Virus record (IMG/VR): IMGVR_UViG_3300040758_000214
Span: 1 to 64,000 of that record
DNA length: 64,000 nucleotides
Direction: 5' to 3' (one strand)
From: a virus
Positions 1 through 8,907 of the stretch are shown here, piece by piece. The notes beneath the pieces are model-generated. The model was not told the DNA's origin. It saw nothing but the letters and a program-made list of their open reading frames with translations, and made no database searches. Every line of letters starts with the position of its first letter. The first letter of the stretch is position 1. A program made the position numbers and the translations under genes.

Positions 1-2
1 AC

Positions 3-2213
3 CCTGGCGGGAATGACTACTGGAGCAATATGTGGTTGAAAACTATTGGAACTCAAACCCATGTGTTCGTAGGTTTTTCTATCAAAGTCGAACCGGGCTT
101 CTCTAAGCCTGCCGGGTGTTCTGCCGGTTACAAACTGATGGATAGGTTTTTCATGTCAAATGATGATGACACTATTTATTTAGAGGCCGAGAATGGCAAC
201 TGCCCCGGCGATATGCAGATATACAGCGAACCGTCTGGATGGTTCTATGTTGGCATCAACCAAGCGGATTACGTCGACGGGAACTGGCATTATATTGAGT
301 TGGAATTTAACTTGGCCGGGAATAAGTTTTCATCCTGGTTGGATGGAAACATAAAAGTAAATAATCAGACAACCACATGGGCGGCAGGTGTCGGGATGGT
401 AGGCGTATCCTTTGGGATTGGCAATACTACTTCTGCCACGAATTATCAGTCCACATGGAAGCGATTGTGGTACGACGATTTAATTTTTGCCACAACTCAA
501 GCTGAAGCTGGTTTGCCCTCAGATTGGGGGGGAGTGGTGAACGGTGTATGCGGATCGAATAATGGAGGTTCGTTCGCATCGCTTACCAGTGGCGACCCCG
601 CGAACTGTGCATCAGGGACCGTGGCGAGTTTCACCGGGACCGGACCGTGGACATGGGGCTGCAACGGTAGTGGTGGAGGCACAAGCACGGCGAGCAACGC
701 CTGCTCGGCCACTTTAAATAGCGGCTCGGTTCCGGTGGTCACATTCACATTGCCGTCTACCTATTCGAGTCTGACTGTGCCAATAACCACATTCACCGCG
801 ACAAACAGCCCCACTAATTACTGCATTACGACCGTCAACAGTTCGGCGGGGTGCTCTTGGACAGGGGGGGCTCCGACGACTGTCACGGGCGTTTCAGGGG
901 TAAATACTTTCTATGCGTGGGCTGAGAATGGGGCGGGGATATCGAGCGGAGTGAGCCAACCAACAACAATTACCTTGGGGACCACGCTTTTCAGCGAGAA
1001 TTTTGATGATACGAGCTTCACGGCAAGGGGATGGTATGACGCTATTCCTTCATCCATTGCTTCATCCGGTTGTTACTCTGGTGCGGGGTGCGCTCAATTT
1101 TCCTTCACGCAAGGGGGGACCAACCCGACACAACTACCTACGGGGGCGATGAGAAAAGAATTTACGGCCACGGATTCGCTGTATCTTTCCTTTTACATCA
1201 AATTTGCTACTGGTTGGGAAGGGTCCCAGAACACCGTTGGACCGCATATGATGTATATTTTGTCAGACCTTGACGACACCGCTAACCAATACAGCCCGTT
1301 GGCGAACTGTTACCTTAACACCTACATTGAATTTTTATCAGACATTGGCAGTCCCTATAACATCCATTCACAGATCGACGTGCAAGACGAAAAGAACTCC
1401 AATATGTCTTATTCGTGTTCGGCGGGAAGTAGTTATGTCACCCAATCGTCATGTACTGGGGCCGGTGGGACTTGGACGTTGCCAATAGATTTGCGGGGTG
1501 TCACAGAAAACAGAAGCGTTGGATGGTGCAATACCCCACTTTATAACGGGGCCGCAGGATCATGCTATGCTGATTACACATACTATTCCGCGGCTAATTG
1601 GGAAGCTCCACTCCCCCCGATTTCTACGAATACTTGGCATCATATAGAAGTCTATCTGAAGATGAATTCTATCGTTGGCGGCATCGGGCAAACAGACGGT
1701 ATCATGCAGGAGTGGATGGACGGGACGCAGGCGATTAACTACTTCAATATGATTTATAGGACCGGTCAACACCCGACAATGAAATGGGCTCAGTTTGCAA
1801 TATCACCCTTTTACGGTAATGGGATGCCAATCGCGCAGTCATTTTATATAGATGAATTAACGGTGGGAACTGCATCTCCATACAGTTCCGGAGATACGAC
1901 TCCTCCAACTGTAACATCTTTTACATTACCTTCAACATCATATAGTTTAATTATACCAATTAATACTTTTACTGCTACAGATGATGTTGGTGTAACAGGA
2001 TATTGTGTTACAACCACAAATAGTTCAAGTGGATGTACCTGGGTAGGTTCTGCTCCTACATCATTAACAGGAATTGTGGGATTAAATACATATTATGCCT
2101 GGGCTGAAGATGCAGCAAATAACATATCTTCTTCAGTTTCTGCTTCCACAACTATAACTTTACCCACAGTGGGAGGAAGTTTAATTTGTAAAGGATGTAT
2201 AATAAAACATTAA
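3..2213 (+). CDS. Large Ser/Thr/Gly-rich surface or virion-decoration protein (ConA/LamG- or polysaccharide-lyase-like beta domains plus two Ig-like repeats); 5' partial
   Basis: Frame is open to the window edge (PGGNDYWSN precedes M30). Two WHxIE...W(L/M)DG...(W/F)Y(D/I)D(L/E) beta-sandwich-like domains, a Cys-rich NGVCGS...GPWTWGC module, and a duplicated FTLPST..L..PI.TFTAT...YAWAE module. Confidence 0.6.
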   Translation, partial: PGGNDYWSNMWLKTIGTQTHVFVGFSIKVEPGFSKPAGCSAGYKLMDRFFMSNDDDTIYLEAENGNCPGDMQIYSEPSGWFYVGINQADYVDGNWHYIELEFNLAGNKFSSWLDGNIKVNNQTTTWAAGVGMVGVSFGIGNTTSATNYQSTWKRLWYDDLIFATTQAEAGLPSDWGGVVNGVCGSNNGGSFASLTSGDPANCASGTVASFTGTGPWTWGCNGSGGGTSTASNACSATLNSGSVPVVTFTLPSTYSSLTVPITTFTATNSPTNYCITTVNSSAGCSWTGGAPTTVTGVSGVNTFYAWAENGAGISSGVSQPTTITLGTTLFSENFDDTSFTARGWYDAIPSSIASSGCYSGAGCAQFSFTQGGTNPTQLPTGAMRKEFTATDSLYLSFYIKFATGWEGSQNTVGPHMMYILSDLDDTANQYSPLANCYLNTYIEFLSDIGSPYNIHSQIDVQDEKNSNMSYSCSAGSSYVTQSSCTGAGGTWTLPIDLRGVTENRSVGWCNTPLYNGAAGSCYADYTYYSAANWEAPLPPISTNTWHHIEVYLKMNSIVGGIGQTDGIMQEWMDGTQAINYFNMIYRTGQHPTMKWAQFAISPFYGNGMPIAQSFYIDELTVGTASPYSSGDTTPPTVTSFTLPSTSYSLIIPINTFTATDDVGVTGYCVTTTNSSSGCTWVGSAPTSLTGIVGLNTYYAWAEDAANNISSSVSASTTITLPTVGGSLICKGCIIKH

Positions 2214-2233
2214 TTTAAAGAGGTAAAAAAATA

Positions 2234-2518
2234 ATGGATATAATTCAAGAATATTTGACTTATTTGAATGAAGGAATTAAGATTCCTTTAAAGGTTGGGG
2301 CTTTAGGTTTATCATTGGATGATTCTTTGGATAAATATAAAAATCAAATTTTATCAGGTAAAAAGAAATGGCTAAGAATGAGTAAAGAATTGAATACACT
2401 TTTTATATACAATAAAAATCACCATCCAGATATTGCAGCTAAAGCAAGAGGTAAGAGAATAGCTTTAGCAAAATGGGTTGAATCTAAACGAAAAAATAAT
2501 CCTGATTTTGGATTATAA
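2234..2518 (+). CDS. Small hypothetical protein with YLxxLxE N-terminus (possible head-internal protein)
   Basis: RBS GAGG; N-terminus MDIIQEYLTYLNEG. Confidence 0.55.
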   Translation: MDIIQEYLTYLNEGIKIPLKVGALGLSLDDSLDKYKNQILSGKKKWLRMSKELNTLFIYNKNHHPDIAAKARGKRIALAKWVESKRKNNPDFGL

Positions 2519-2544
2519 TTAATTTTAAAAGGAGAAATTACACA

Positions 2545-4452
2545 ATGACTGAATCTAAATATGTATATGGATGGAGACCTGATAAACCTGACTTTAGAGA
2601 CCACAAATTTTTTAATTTATTAGCACCAAATGTATTACCTGGTGGAATTGATCTTCGTCCTAAATGTCCTCCTATATATGATCAAGGTCAATTAGGATCA
2701 TGCTTTCATCCTGATACAAAAATATCATTATTGGACGGAACTGTTAAAACTTTAAAAGAATTATATGAATTAAAAGAATCTTTTTGGATTTATTCATGTG
2801 ATATAGATGGTAAAATAGTTCCAGGTAAAGCAATATGTAATTTAACTGGTAAAGATAAAGAATTAATTAAAATAACTTTAGATAATGGAAAAGAAGAAAT
2901 TTGTACACCAGATCACGAATTTATGCTTAGAAATGGAGAATATAAAAAAGCTAAAGATTTATTAACAAATGATTCTTTGATGCCTTTATATAAAAAAATA
3001 AATCGGTTTGGATATGAAGAAATTTTTGATAATTTACTATCAAAATATATATTTACTCATTGGATGACATGCGATGAAATTTATCCAATTGAAGTTAAAG
3101 AAAAGAATATTGCGAGACATCATAAAAATCAAAATCCTCTTGATAATAGACCAGAAAATTTACAAATATTAGATATGAAAGAACATTTTTTACACCACAG
3201 TAAATTATATAATGGAACAGAAGAACAAAGTATTAATTCAAAACGAACTATATTAAAACAATATGAAGATAATCCAAATTGGAATGAAGGAGCAGCAGAA
3301 AAAGGAGGGACTAAATCAATCCAGAATAGAAAAGAAAATGGTACATATGAAGAATTTGTATCTTATTTAGAATTAGGTCATTCTCCAGAATCTAGAGAAA
3401 AAGCAAGACTTTCTATAATTGAAACTTTAAGTTCTCCTGAAAAAAGAAAAGAATTATCAATTAGATCAAAAAAACAATCAGTAGAATATTTATCAAATCC
3501 CGAAAATGAAAAAAAATTAAAATCAGTTATGAAAGAAAATGGAAAAAAGTCTGGTAGATATAAAATAGTTTTATGGGCGAAAAATATATTAGATGAGTAT
3601 GGAGATTTAACAGAAAGAATTTGGAATGAATATAAGGAAAATTGTGGATTACATAATTTTTCTAAATATTCTACAATTTTTAAACATTTTAATTCGTTAG
3701 AAGATTTAAAACTAGCTGCTATTAATAGAAATCATAAAATTAAATCAATTGAATTTCTAAAAGAAACTTCAGATGTATATTGTTTAACTGTAGAAAAGTA
3801 TCATAATTTTGCATTAGAATCTGGCATATTTGTTCATAATTGTACGGCCAATGCTATTGCAGGAGCTGTGGATTTTGATTTAATGAAACAAGGACATGCT
3901 CCAATTTCACCATCAAGGCTTTTTATTTATTTTCATGAAAGAGTTCTTGAGAATACTGTGAACTCAGATGCAGGAGCAGAAATTAGAGACGGAATAAAGA
4001 CTATAAATACTAAAGGTGTATGTCATGAATCATTATGGCCTTATGATATTTCAAAATTTAAAATATGTCCTCCAAGTGAGGCATATGCAGACGCTACAAA
4101 TTTTACAGCTTTAGCTTATAAAAGTGTTGATAATACAAATATCAGTGCTTTGAAATCTGTATTGGCTCAAGGATTTCCAATTGTATGTGGAATATCTGTA
4201 TACGAAAGTTTTGAATCTGCTTATGTTGCTCAAACCGGAATTGTGCCAATGCCTGGCCCCAATGAAAATTTACTTGGTGGGCACTGTGTAGATATTGTTG
4301 GTTATTCAGATAATTCTAAAACTTTTATTATGAGGAACAGCTGGGGACTCGGCTGGGGGCTTAATGGTAGTGGATATTTTACAATTCCTTATGCATATTT
4401 AACAAATATTAATTTGGCATCAGATTTTTGGGTTGTTACCCAAGTAAAATAA
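2545..4452 (+). CDS. Papain-like C1A cysteine peptidase interrupted by an intein
   Basis: YGWRPD..D.RD, DLR..CPPIYDQGQLGS[C], PSRLFIY, catalytic GGHCV and RNSWG..WG motifs. After intein removal the active site reads QGQLGSCTANA. Confidence 0.92.
   Translation: MTESKYVYGWRPDKPDFRDHKFFNLLAPNVLPGGIDLRPKCPPIYDQGQLGSCFHPDTKISLLDGTVKTLKELYELKESFWIYSCDIDGKIVPGKAICNLTGKDKELIKITLDNGKEEICTPDHEFMLRNGEYKKAKDLLTNDSLMPLYKKINRFGYEEIFDNLLSKYIFTHWMTCDEIYPIEVKEKNIARHHKNQNPLDNRPENLQILDMKEHFLHHSKLYNGTEEQSINSKRTILKQYEDNPNWNEGAAEKGGTKSIQNRKENGTYEEFVSYLELGHSPESREKARLSIIETLSSPEKRKELSIRSKKQSVEYLSNPENEKKLKSVMKENGKKSGRYKIVLWAKNILDEYGDLTERIWNEYKENCGLHNFSKYSTIFKHFNSLEDLKLAAINRNHKIKSIEFLKETSDVYCLTVEKYHNFALESGIFVHNCTANAIAGAVDFDLMKQGHAPISPSRLFIYFHERVLENTVNSDAGAEIRDGIKTINTKGVCHESLWPYDISKFKICPPSEAYADATNFTALAYKSVDNTNISALKSVLAQGFPIVCGISVYESFESAYVAQTGIVPMPGPNENLLGGHCVDIVGYSDNSKTFIMRNSWGLGWGLNGSGYFTIPYAYLTNINLASDFWVVTQVK
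2701..3840 (+). mobile_element. Intein (380 aa) with HNH homing endonuclease
   Basis: Begins CFHPDTKI, has block B CTPDHEF, internal HHKNQNPLDNRPENL (HNH), ends VYCLTVEKYHNFALESGIFVHN followed by Cys. Confidence 0.93.
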
Positions 4453-4514
4453 AGAATATAAAAATTTTATTTTAATCTCTAGACCATATAGTTTTTAAAT
4501 AAGACATTCTAACA

Positions 4515-4564
4515 TGACTTTGGTAGTCTAGATATATCCTAATATTAATAGACTACCAAAGTCA
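4515..4564. terminator. Perfect 16-bp inverted repeat (hairpin; terminator or regulatory)
   Basis: TGACTTTGGTAGTCTA-N18-TAGACTACCAAAGTCA in the intergenic region; no clear U-tract. Confidence 0.5.
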
Positions 4565-4592
4565 ATCCTCAAGTTAAATTTGGAGATGTAAC

Positions 4593-5240
4593 ATGGGTAA
4601 ATCATACTTGAAAGTTTTAACTGAGAACAGGACAAGTGTTCTAAGAATACCAAATATAATTACGGAACAAAGTGAAAATAGATTTAAGATGTATGATATA
4701 GGATCTGATCACCAATCATCTAGTTTATTAAATAATACTGATAAGGTTCATAGTTTTATACAAGGATTAGAGGTTGATGAAAAAGAACCATGGATGAATA
4801 CTAAAATGTTTCAAAGAATGGTTGATGAAGTTGAAGACTTTTTAAAAGCTAAAAAAAATTATGGTCAACATTTATATATTGTAACTGAAAAAGAAATATA
4901 TACATTTACATTGAATGGTTTTGATGTGCCGGATATTCAAATAACTAAAGCCGCAACTTTATTAAAAGAAAAATATGGTGATATACATGAATTTTGGTTA
5001 ACAACTTTATTAACTCAAGAAGATGAAAATAAGTCTGGATTTATGGCTATGGGTAGACATTTAGTATCTGGTGATCCTAAAGAAAATTGCTATTATGTGT
5101 GTGAATTAAAAACTAAAACAGGAATATTTGGTAAGATAAAAAATATAGATATTATAGAAGGAAAGATTTATTTATTCCATTCTTTTAAAGCTGAATTAGA
5201 TTCAATCATTAATGCTTTTGCTAAAGGTTTAGGATACTAA
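4593..5240 (+). CDS. Hypothetical protein (YLxxLxE N-terminus)
   Basis: RBS GGAG; 215 aa; N-terminus MGKSYLKVLTEN. Confidence 0.6.
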   Translation: MGKSYLKVLTENRTSVLRIPNIITEQSENRFKMYDIGSDHQSSSLLNNTDKVHSFIQGLEVDEKEPWMNTKMFQRMVDEVEDFLKAKKNYGQHLYIVTEKEIYTFTLNGFDVPDIQITKAATLLKEKYGDIHEFWLTTLLTQEDENKSGFMAMGRHLVSGDPKENCYYVCELKTKTGIFGKIKNIDIIEGKIYLFHSFKAELDSIINAFAKGLGY

Positions 5241-5247
5241 AATAATA

Positions 5248-5505
5248 TTGAAAAGTTGTGAAATATGTAATAAAAATTATCACCACAAACATCATATTGA
5301 ATCTAAATCTTTTCAAGGATCAAATAAAAAATTCAATATAGCATATTTATGTGCATCATGCCATACAGAAGTTCATCTTGGAAATATCATTATTGAGGGA
5401 AGATTCTTAACAACAGAAGGTTACAAATTGATATTTCATTTAAAAGGTGAAAATTCAATAACTGGGCAGGAATCAGAAAAAGTATTTGTCATGAATAAAA
5501 AATAA
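5248..5505 (+). CDS. Small HNH endonuclease-like protein
   Basis: CxxC...HKHHI...GSN...N.AYLCASCHTEVH. Confidence 0.75.
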   Translation: MKSCEICNKNYHHKHHIESKSFQGSNKKFNIAYLCASCHTEVHLGNIIIEGRFLTTEGYKLIFHLKGENSITGQESEKVFVMNKK

Positions 5506-5669
5506 ATCATGCTGAGCCTAGGGAAAAACGTACGATTTTATAAAAATTCAATGTTAGGTTAAATTAGTACTTTATATTCTTTAAGTAATTTTTAGTTTGT
5601 TGCTAATTTAAAATTATCTAAATTTTAAAAATAAATCATGAAACACCTATGGTAAATCGAATAAATTTT
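5498..5669 (+). repeat. Non-coding two-unit repeat element, copy 1 (inverted homologue at 55261-55489)
   Basis: Units AAAAATAAATCATGCTGAGCCTAGGGAAAAACGTACGATTTTA (5498) and AAAAATAAATCATGAAACACCTATGGTAAATCGAATAAATTTT (5627), with box TAGTTTGTTGCTA at 5593-5605. Confidence 0.8.
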
Positions 5670-5701
5670 TTACAAAAAAATTATTTTAGAGGTTAAAGTG
5701 T

Positions 5702-5824
5702 ATGTCGTGCCAATCATGTAAAAATAGTTCTGAACTAAAAAGATTAAAAAAACGAAGAGAAGAACTTGATAAGATTGTTCAAAATATAAAAGATAAATTA
5801 ATTGGAGTAATAAAAAATGACTAA
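5702..5824 (+). CDS. Small 40-aa basic ORF (MSCQSCK...)
   Basis: AGAGG RBS; overlaps the next start; translated by hand. Confidence 0.4.
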   Translation: MSCQSCKNSSELKRLKKRREELDKIVQNIKDKLIGVIKND

Positions 5825-6146
5825 AAAAAATACTATTGTTAGGGATTATCTAAATAAATTATATGAGCAAGAAAAGAAAGAAATTGAATATAATACCGGG
5901 TATGATGAAGACGCTCCAGATGAATTTGGTGAAGAATATAATAGCGTTGAAGGTCAACCAGATGAAGATTTTGTAAAGGAATGTTCATGCGTTGAATGTA
6001 AAAAGTCTTGTCATGAATGTACATGTAATAAAGTAAAAGAACAAATGACTTCATCGGCTGCCGGAATAGGTGGATGGGAATCAATTGGAAATAATGAAAA
6101 GGAAAGATCTGGAATAAAAAAGTCGACTCCATTTGTAAAATATTGA
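5817..6146 (+). CDS. Acidic, Cys-cluster hypothetical protein (YLxxLxE N-terminus)
   Basis: N-terminus ...DYLNKLYEQ; CSCVECKKSCHECTC cluster. Confidence 0.55.
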   Translation: MTKKNTIVRDYLNKLYEQEKKEIEYNTGYDEDAPDEFGEEYNSVEGQPDEDFVKECSCVECKKSCHECTCNKVKEQMTSSAAGIGGWESIGNNEKERSGIKKSTPFVKY

Positions 6147-6147
6147 C

Positions 6148-6183
6148 AAAAAAATATGAGGGAAATTAATCCCTCATATTTTT
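6148..6183. terminator. Bidirectional intrinsic terminator
   Basis: AAAAATATGAGGGA-loop-TCCCTCATATTTTT between convergent genes. Confidence 0.8.
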
Positions 6184-6196
6184 GAATTAATCTTTC

Positions 6197-6448
6197 TTAT
6201 ATCCTTTCATTGTTAAATATATTAGTTCCTTTAGGAAAATACATAGATTTAATTCTATAATCCATATCAGGTAAAATATATTGAACTTCAATAATATAAC
6301 CATCATGAATTAATTCTTCAATTACATTTATAAAATCAAAGTTAGTTTGTAATTTTTGTTCAGATACATAATTCATCATTTTAACTACTAATTCTGAAGC
6401 TTTAATACCTGGATTTTCTGAAATATTCTTTAAAATTATATCTTTCAT
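6197..6448 (-). CDS. Hypothetical protein, possible winged helix
   Basis: ISENPGIKASEL...ELIHDGYI pattern. Confidence 0.5.
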   Translation of the reverse strand: MKDIILKNISENPGIKASELVVKMMNYVSEQKLQTNFDFINVIEELIHDGYIIEVQYILPDMDYRIKSMYFPKGTNIFNNERI

Positions 6449-6502
6449 AAATAAGATCTCCTCCTTAAAATAAAAAAGGGGAAGTTTTCCCCTAATTTTA
6501 GT

Positions 6503-7033
6503 TTATTTAAAATAAGATATTTTATTTAAATTTATGATTAGAACTGGGACCATACTATCTGCTACATAATAGATCTCAGCCCATAAAGCTCTTCCTCCCA
6601 TTTCAGAAGTTTTAATTTCTACAAATACTTCTAGTGGGCGCAATCCAAATTTCTCGCCATTAGTAGAAAATGCATCCACAATTTTTGTTTGTGTATTAAG
6701 TTCCAATAGATAAGGTAATTTTTTATAGTAATGTTGTTTTAGCATTGTGGGAGTATAATAGAATTTAATTTCAAGAGGATCTCTATCTTTAAATAATTCT
6801 TCTTTACCATAAATATTACAATTATATAATCTTAAGGTTTTTGAAAAGAGATCTATTAAACGAGGATCTCTTTCGAGCATGATTGGTTCGGGGTTCATTT
6901 CTGCTAATGACGATCTGAGTGTTGTATTAAAAATTACTTCCCCATACCCATTACACATATAAAAACTTGTAGTCATTTGGTCCTCCCTTTTGTAAGATTT
7001 ATAATTTGATATTTCTTGGTGCCTCATTCTCAA
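6503..7033 (-). CDS. Hypothetical protein (start may be M20)
   Basis: ORF track; GGGAGG precedes M20. Confidence 0.5.
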   Translation of the reverse strand: MRMRHQEISNYKSYKREDQMTTSFYMCNGYGEVIFNTTLRSSLAEMNPEPIMLERDPRLIDLFSKTLRLYNCNIYGKEELFKDRDPLEIKFYYTPTMLKQHYYKKLPYLLELNTQTKIVDAFSTNGEKFGLRPLEVFVEIKTSEMGGRALWAEIYYVADSMVPVLIINLNKISYFK

Positions 7034-7211
7034 ATACTTCTTGGAGTTTATATGATGTAGTTATTAATTTTTTATCTTTATTTATATAGCTTATTATGGC
7101 ACTTTCTATTACATCTTTAAAAATTCTAAAACTTTGCCTTCCTTCAACATCATCATCAACTATAAATTCAAGAGATAATGTTCCTTTACATTTCATAAAA
7201 ACTCCTTCCAA
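6999..7211 (-). CDS. Hypothetical protein
   Basis: ORF directly downstream of the conserved promoter-like motif. Confidence 0.45.
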   Translation of the reverse strand: MEGVFMKCKGTLSLEFIVDDDVEGRQSFRIFKDVIESAIISYINKDKKLITTSYKLQEVFENEAPRNIKL

Positions 7212-7226
7212 AATAAATTCAACTCA

Positions 7227-7246
7227 TTAGTAATTAATATATATAG
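7227..7246 (-). promoter_or_regulatory. Conserved 20-nt motif CTATATATATTAATWACYAA (putative early promoter), copy 1
   Basis: Same motif at 24286, 45186 and 61499, always at the 5' end of a minus-strand accessory block. Confidence 0.75.
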
Positions 7247-7271
7247 TAATATCCAGAATAACTAATTTTTA

Positions 7272-7287
7272 AGAACAAAAATATAAA
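7272..7287 (+). promoter_or_regulatory. GAACAWAWWWAA-type motif (putative late promoter)
   Basis: AGAACAAAAATATAAA; similar motifs precede other plus-strand blocks. Confidence 0.5.
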
Positions 7288-7308
7288 TAACTAAAAAAGG
7301 AATTAAAA

Positions 7309-7740
7309 TTGTTAAGATCAAGCAAACATATATTAAAATATCAAACTGATTATAAGAATGAACAATTAGTTAAATTATTTGAAATATATGAATCTGAATT
7401 GAAGTTTTATATAGATCTTATTATATCTGGAAAATTACCATTGAAGTCTGTAATGTCTTCTAAATTAATTCCTAATAATTTAATAAGTCATAGTAATTGG
7501 AAACAAAATATTTATAAAATGGCATCACAAATTATTAGACTCAGTATTAAAAAATAAAAGATTTAAAAGATATCAGCTTATACACGCCAAAGTTATAGTT
7601 GTTGTGGATTTGTAAGCCCTTTAAATAGGTTAGGAAATTTATTTAAATGTTTACAATGTGGGACTGAAATAGATGCAGATTATAATGCATCTATTAATAT
7701 TTCACGTATGGGAGTATTTGGTCTCCATAATTCAAAAATT
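7309..7740 (+). pseudogene. tnpB: Internally deleted IS200/IS605 TnpB remnant
   Basis: 82-aa TnpB-like N-terminus (7309-7557). From 7573 a separate stretch reads SAYTRQSYSCCGFVSPLNRLGNLFKCLQCGTEIDADYNASINI, the TnpB Zn-ribbon plus RuvC-III signature. RuvC-I/II are missing. Confidence 0.75.
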
Positions 7741-7774
7741 AATTTAAACCAAATTAATATGGAGGATCTCATTC

Positions 7775-8116
7775 ATGAAAATTTTATATAGGTATTTAGA
7801 ACAATTACAGAATGAGAAAACCCTATCCAATTTCTTATCTAATTTTAAAAGAGTTATAAAGTTTACATCTGAAAAGGATCATTCAATAGGATTATTAAGA
7901 TATAATAAAATTCCTAAAGATATAGCTTTTTTATTTGAATTCAATGATAATATTATAAGAACTTTCCATACGATTGGGATGAAGTTCAATATAGATATAC
8001 TATTTTTTGATAAAAATAAGAATTTAATTATTGAATATAATGATGTAACTCCTGGAATAAAAAATATAAGTAGTAAAAAAGAATGTAAATATGTAGTGGA
8101 AATATTGTCTGTCTAA
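7775..8116 (+). CDS. DUF192-like protein with YLxxL..E N-terminal extension
   Basis: FLFEF...FHTIGMKFNIDILFFDKN...YVVEI. Confidence 0.7.
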   Translation: MKILYRYLEQLQNEKTLSNFLSNFKRVIKFTSEKDHSIGLLRYNKIPKDIAFLFEFNDNIIRTFHTIGMKFNIDILFFDKNKNLIIEYNDVTPGIKNISSKKECKYVVEILSV

Positions 8117-8334
8117 GGAGAGTATATAAACTATGGGCTGATTTTAACAGTAAGGAGGATTTTTAAGATGAGACTTTATTTTAGAATGTTAAAATGTATT
8201 TTAAAGAACTTTTTTCATCCAGAAATCCTTTATACTAAAAATAGTACTGAAAAAGGTTTTGTTTATTTAGGTTATCCAATAAAGTTATCTAAGGAAGAGT
8301 ATAAAACTATTAGACTGAAAGGTAAGTCAAATAA

Positions 8335-8907
8335 ATGACAGATTATTTTAAATTGATGAATGATATATTAGAAATGAATATGACTGATAAAGGTTTTAGA
8401 TTTTGGAATGCTATTGAGAAAAAAATTATACCTTGCTGGGGAAAGCTTTCGAGTAGCACCGGAAAATATCACAAAAAGGCCGGAGGTTATGTTCCTAGTG
8501 TTGCAGAACATACACATGAAATGTTATATGCTGCAGTTCCATTATTATCTATGTTTAATATTAAAAGTAAAACTTTAGAAGCAGATACACTATTGTTGTC
8601 TATTGCACTCCACGATAGTTGTAAGTACGGAATTTCGTCTAATTCATTGTTTAATACATTTACCGACAATAGACATGATAAGAACACAGCGGACATAATT
8701 TTAGAAGGTAAAGAAACTTTTTTGAAATTATTTAATGAAGAACAATTCAATTTATTGGAAGAATCGGTTAGATTTCACTCAGGGAGATGGAGTACTGATG
8801 CAGATAAAGACTTTTCATTTTCTAAACTTAATCCTATAACAATGTTTGTGCATATGTTGGATATGTTAAGTTCTAGAAATTTAATTAAAATAAATGGAGA
8901 AAAATAA
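8335..8907 (+). CDS. HD-domain phosphohydrolase
   Basis: SSTGKYH...EHT...LHDSCKYG...H...FHSGRW...VHMLD. Confidence 0.8.
   Translation: MTDYFKLMNDILEMNMTDKGFRFWNAIEKKIIPCWGKLSSSTGKYHKKAGGYVPSVAEHTHEMLYAAVPLLSMFNIKSKTLEADTLLLSIALHDSCKYGISSNSLFNTFTDNRHDKNTADIILEGKETFLKLFNEEQFNLLEESVRFHSGRWSTDADKDFSFSKLNPITMFVHMLDMLSSRNLIKINGEK

Noticed and set aside
497-1772. Alternative-frame and antisense ORFs inside the first gene
   Set aside because: By-products of high GC within a coherent long CDS; no RBS or motifs.
5498-5669. Repeat element (and its copy at 55.3 kb) as a CRISPR mini-array
   Set aside because: Units are degenerate, the ~130-nt period is too long, only two units occur per locus, and there are no cas genes; the TnpB relic is not adjacent.
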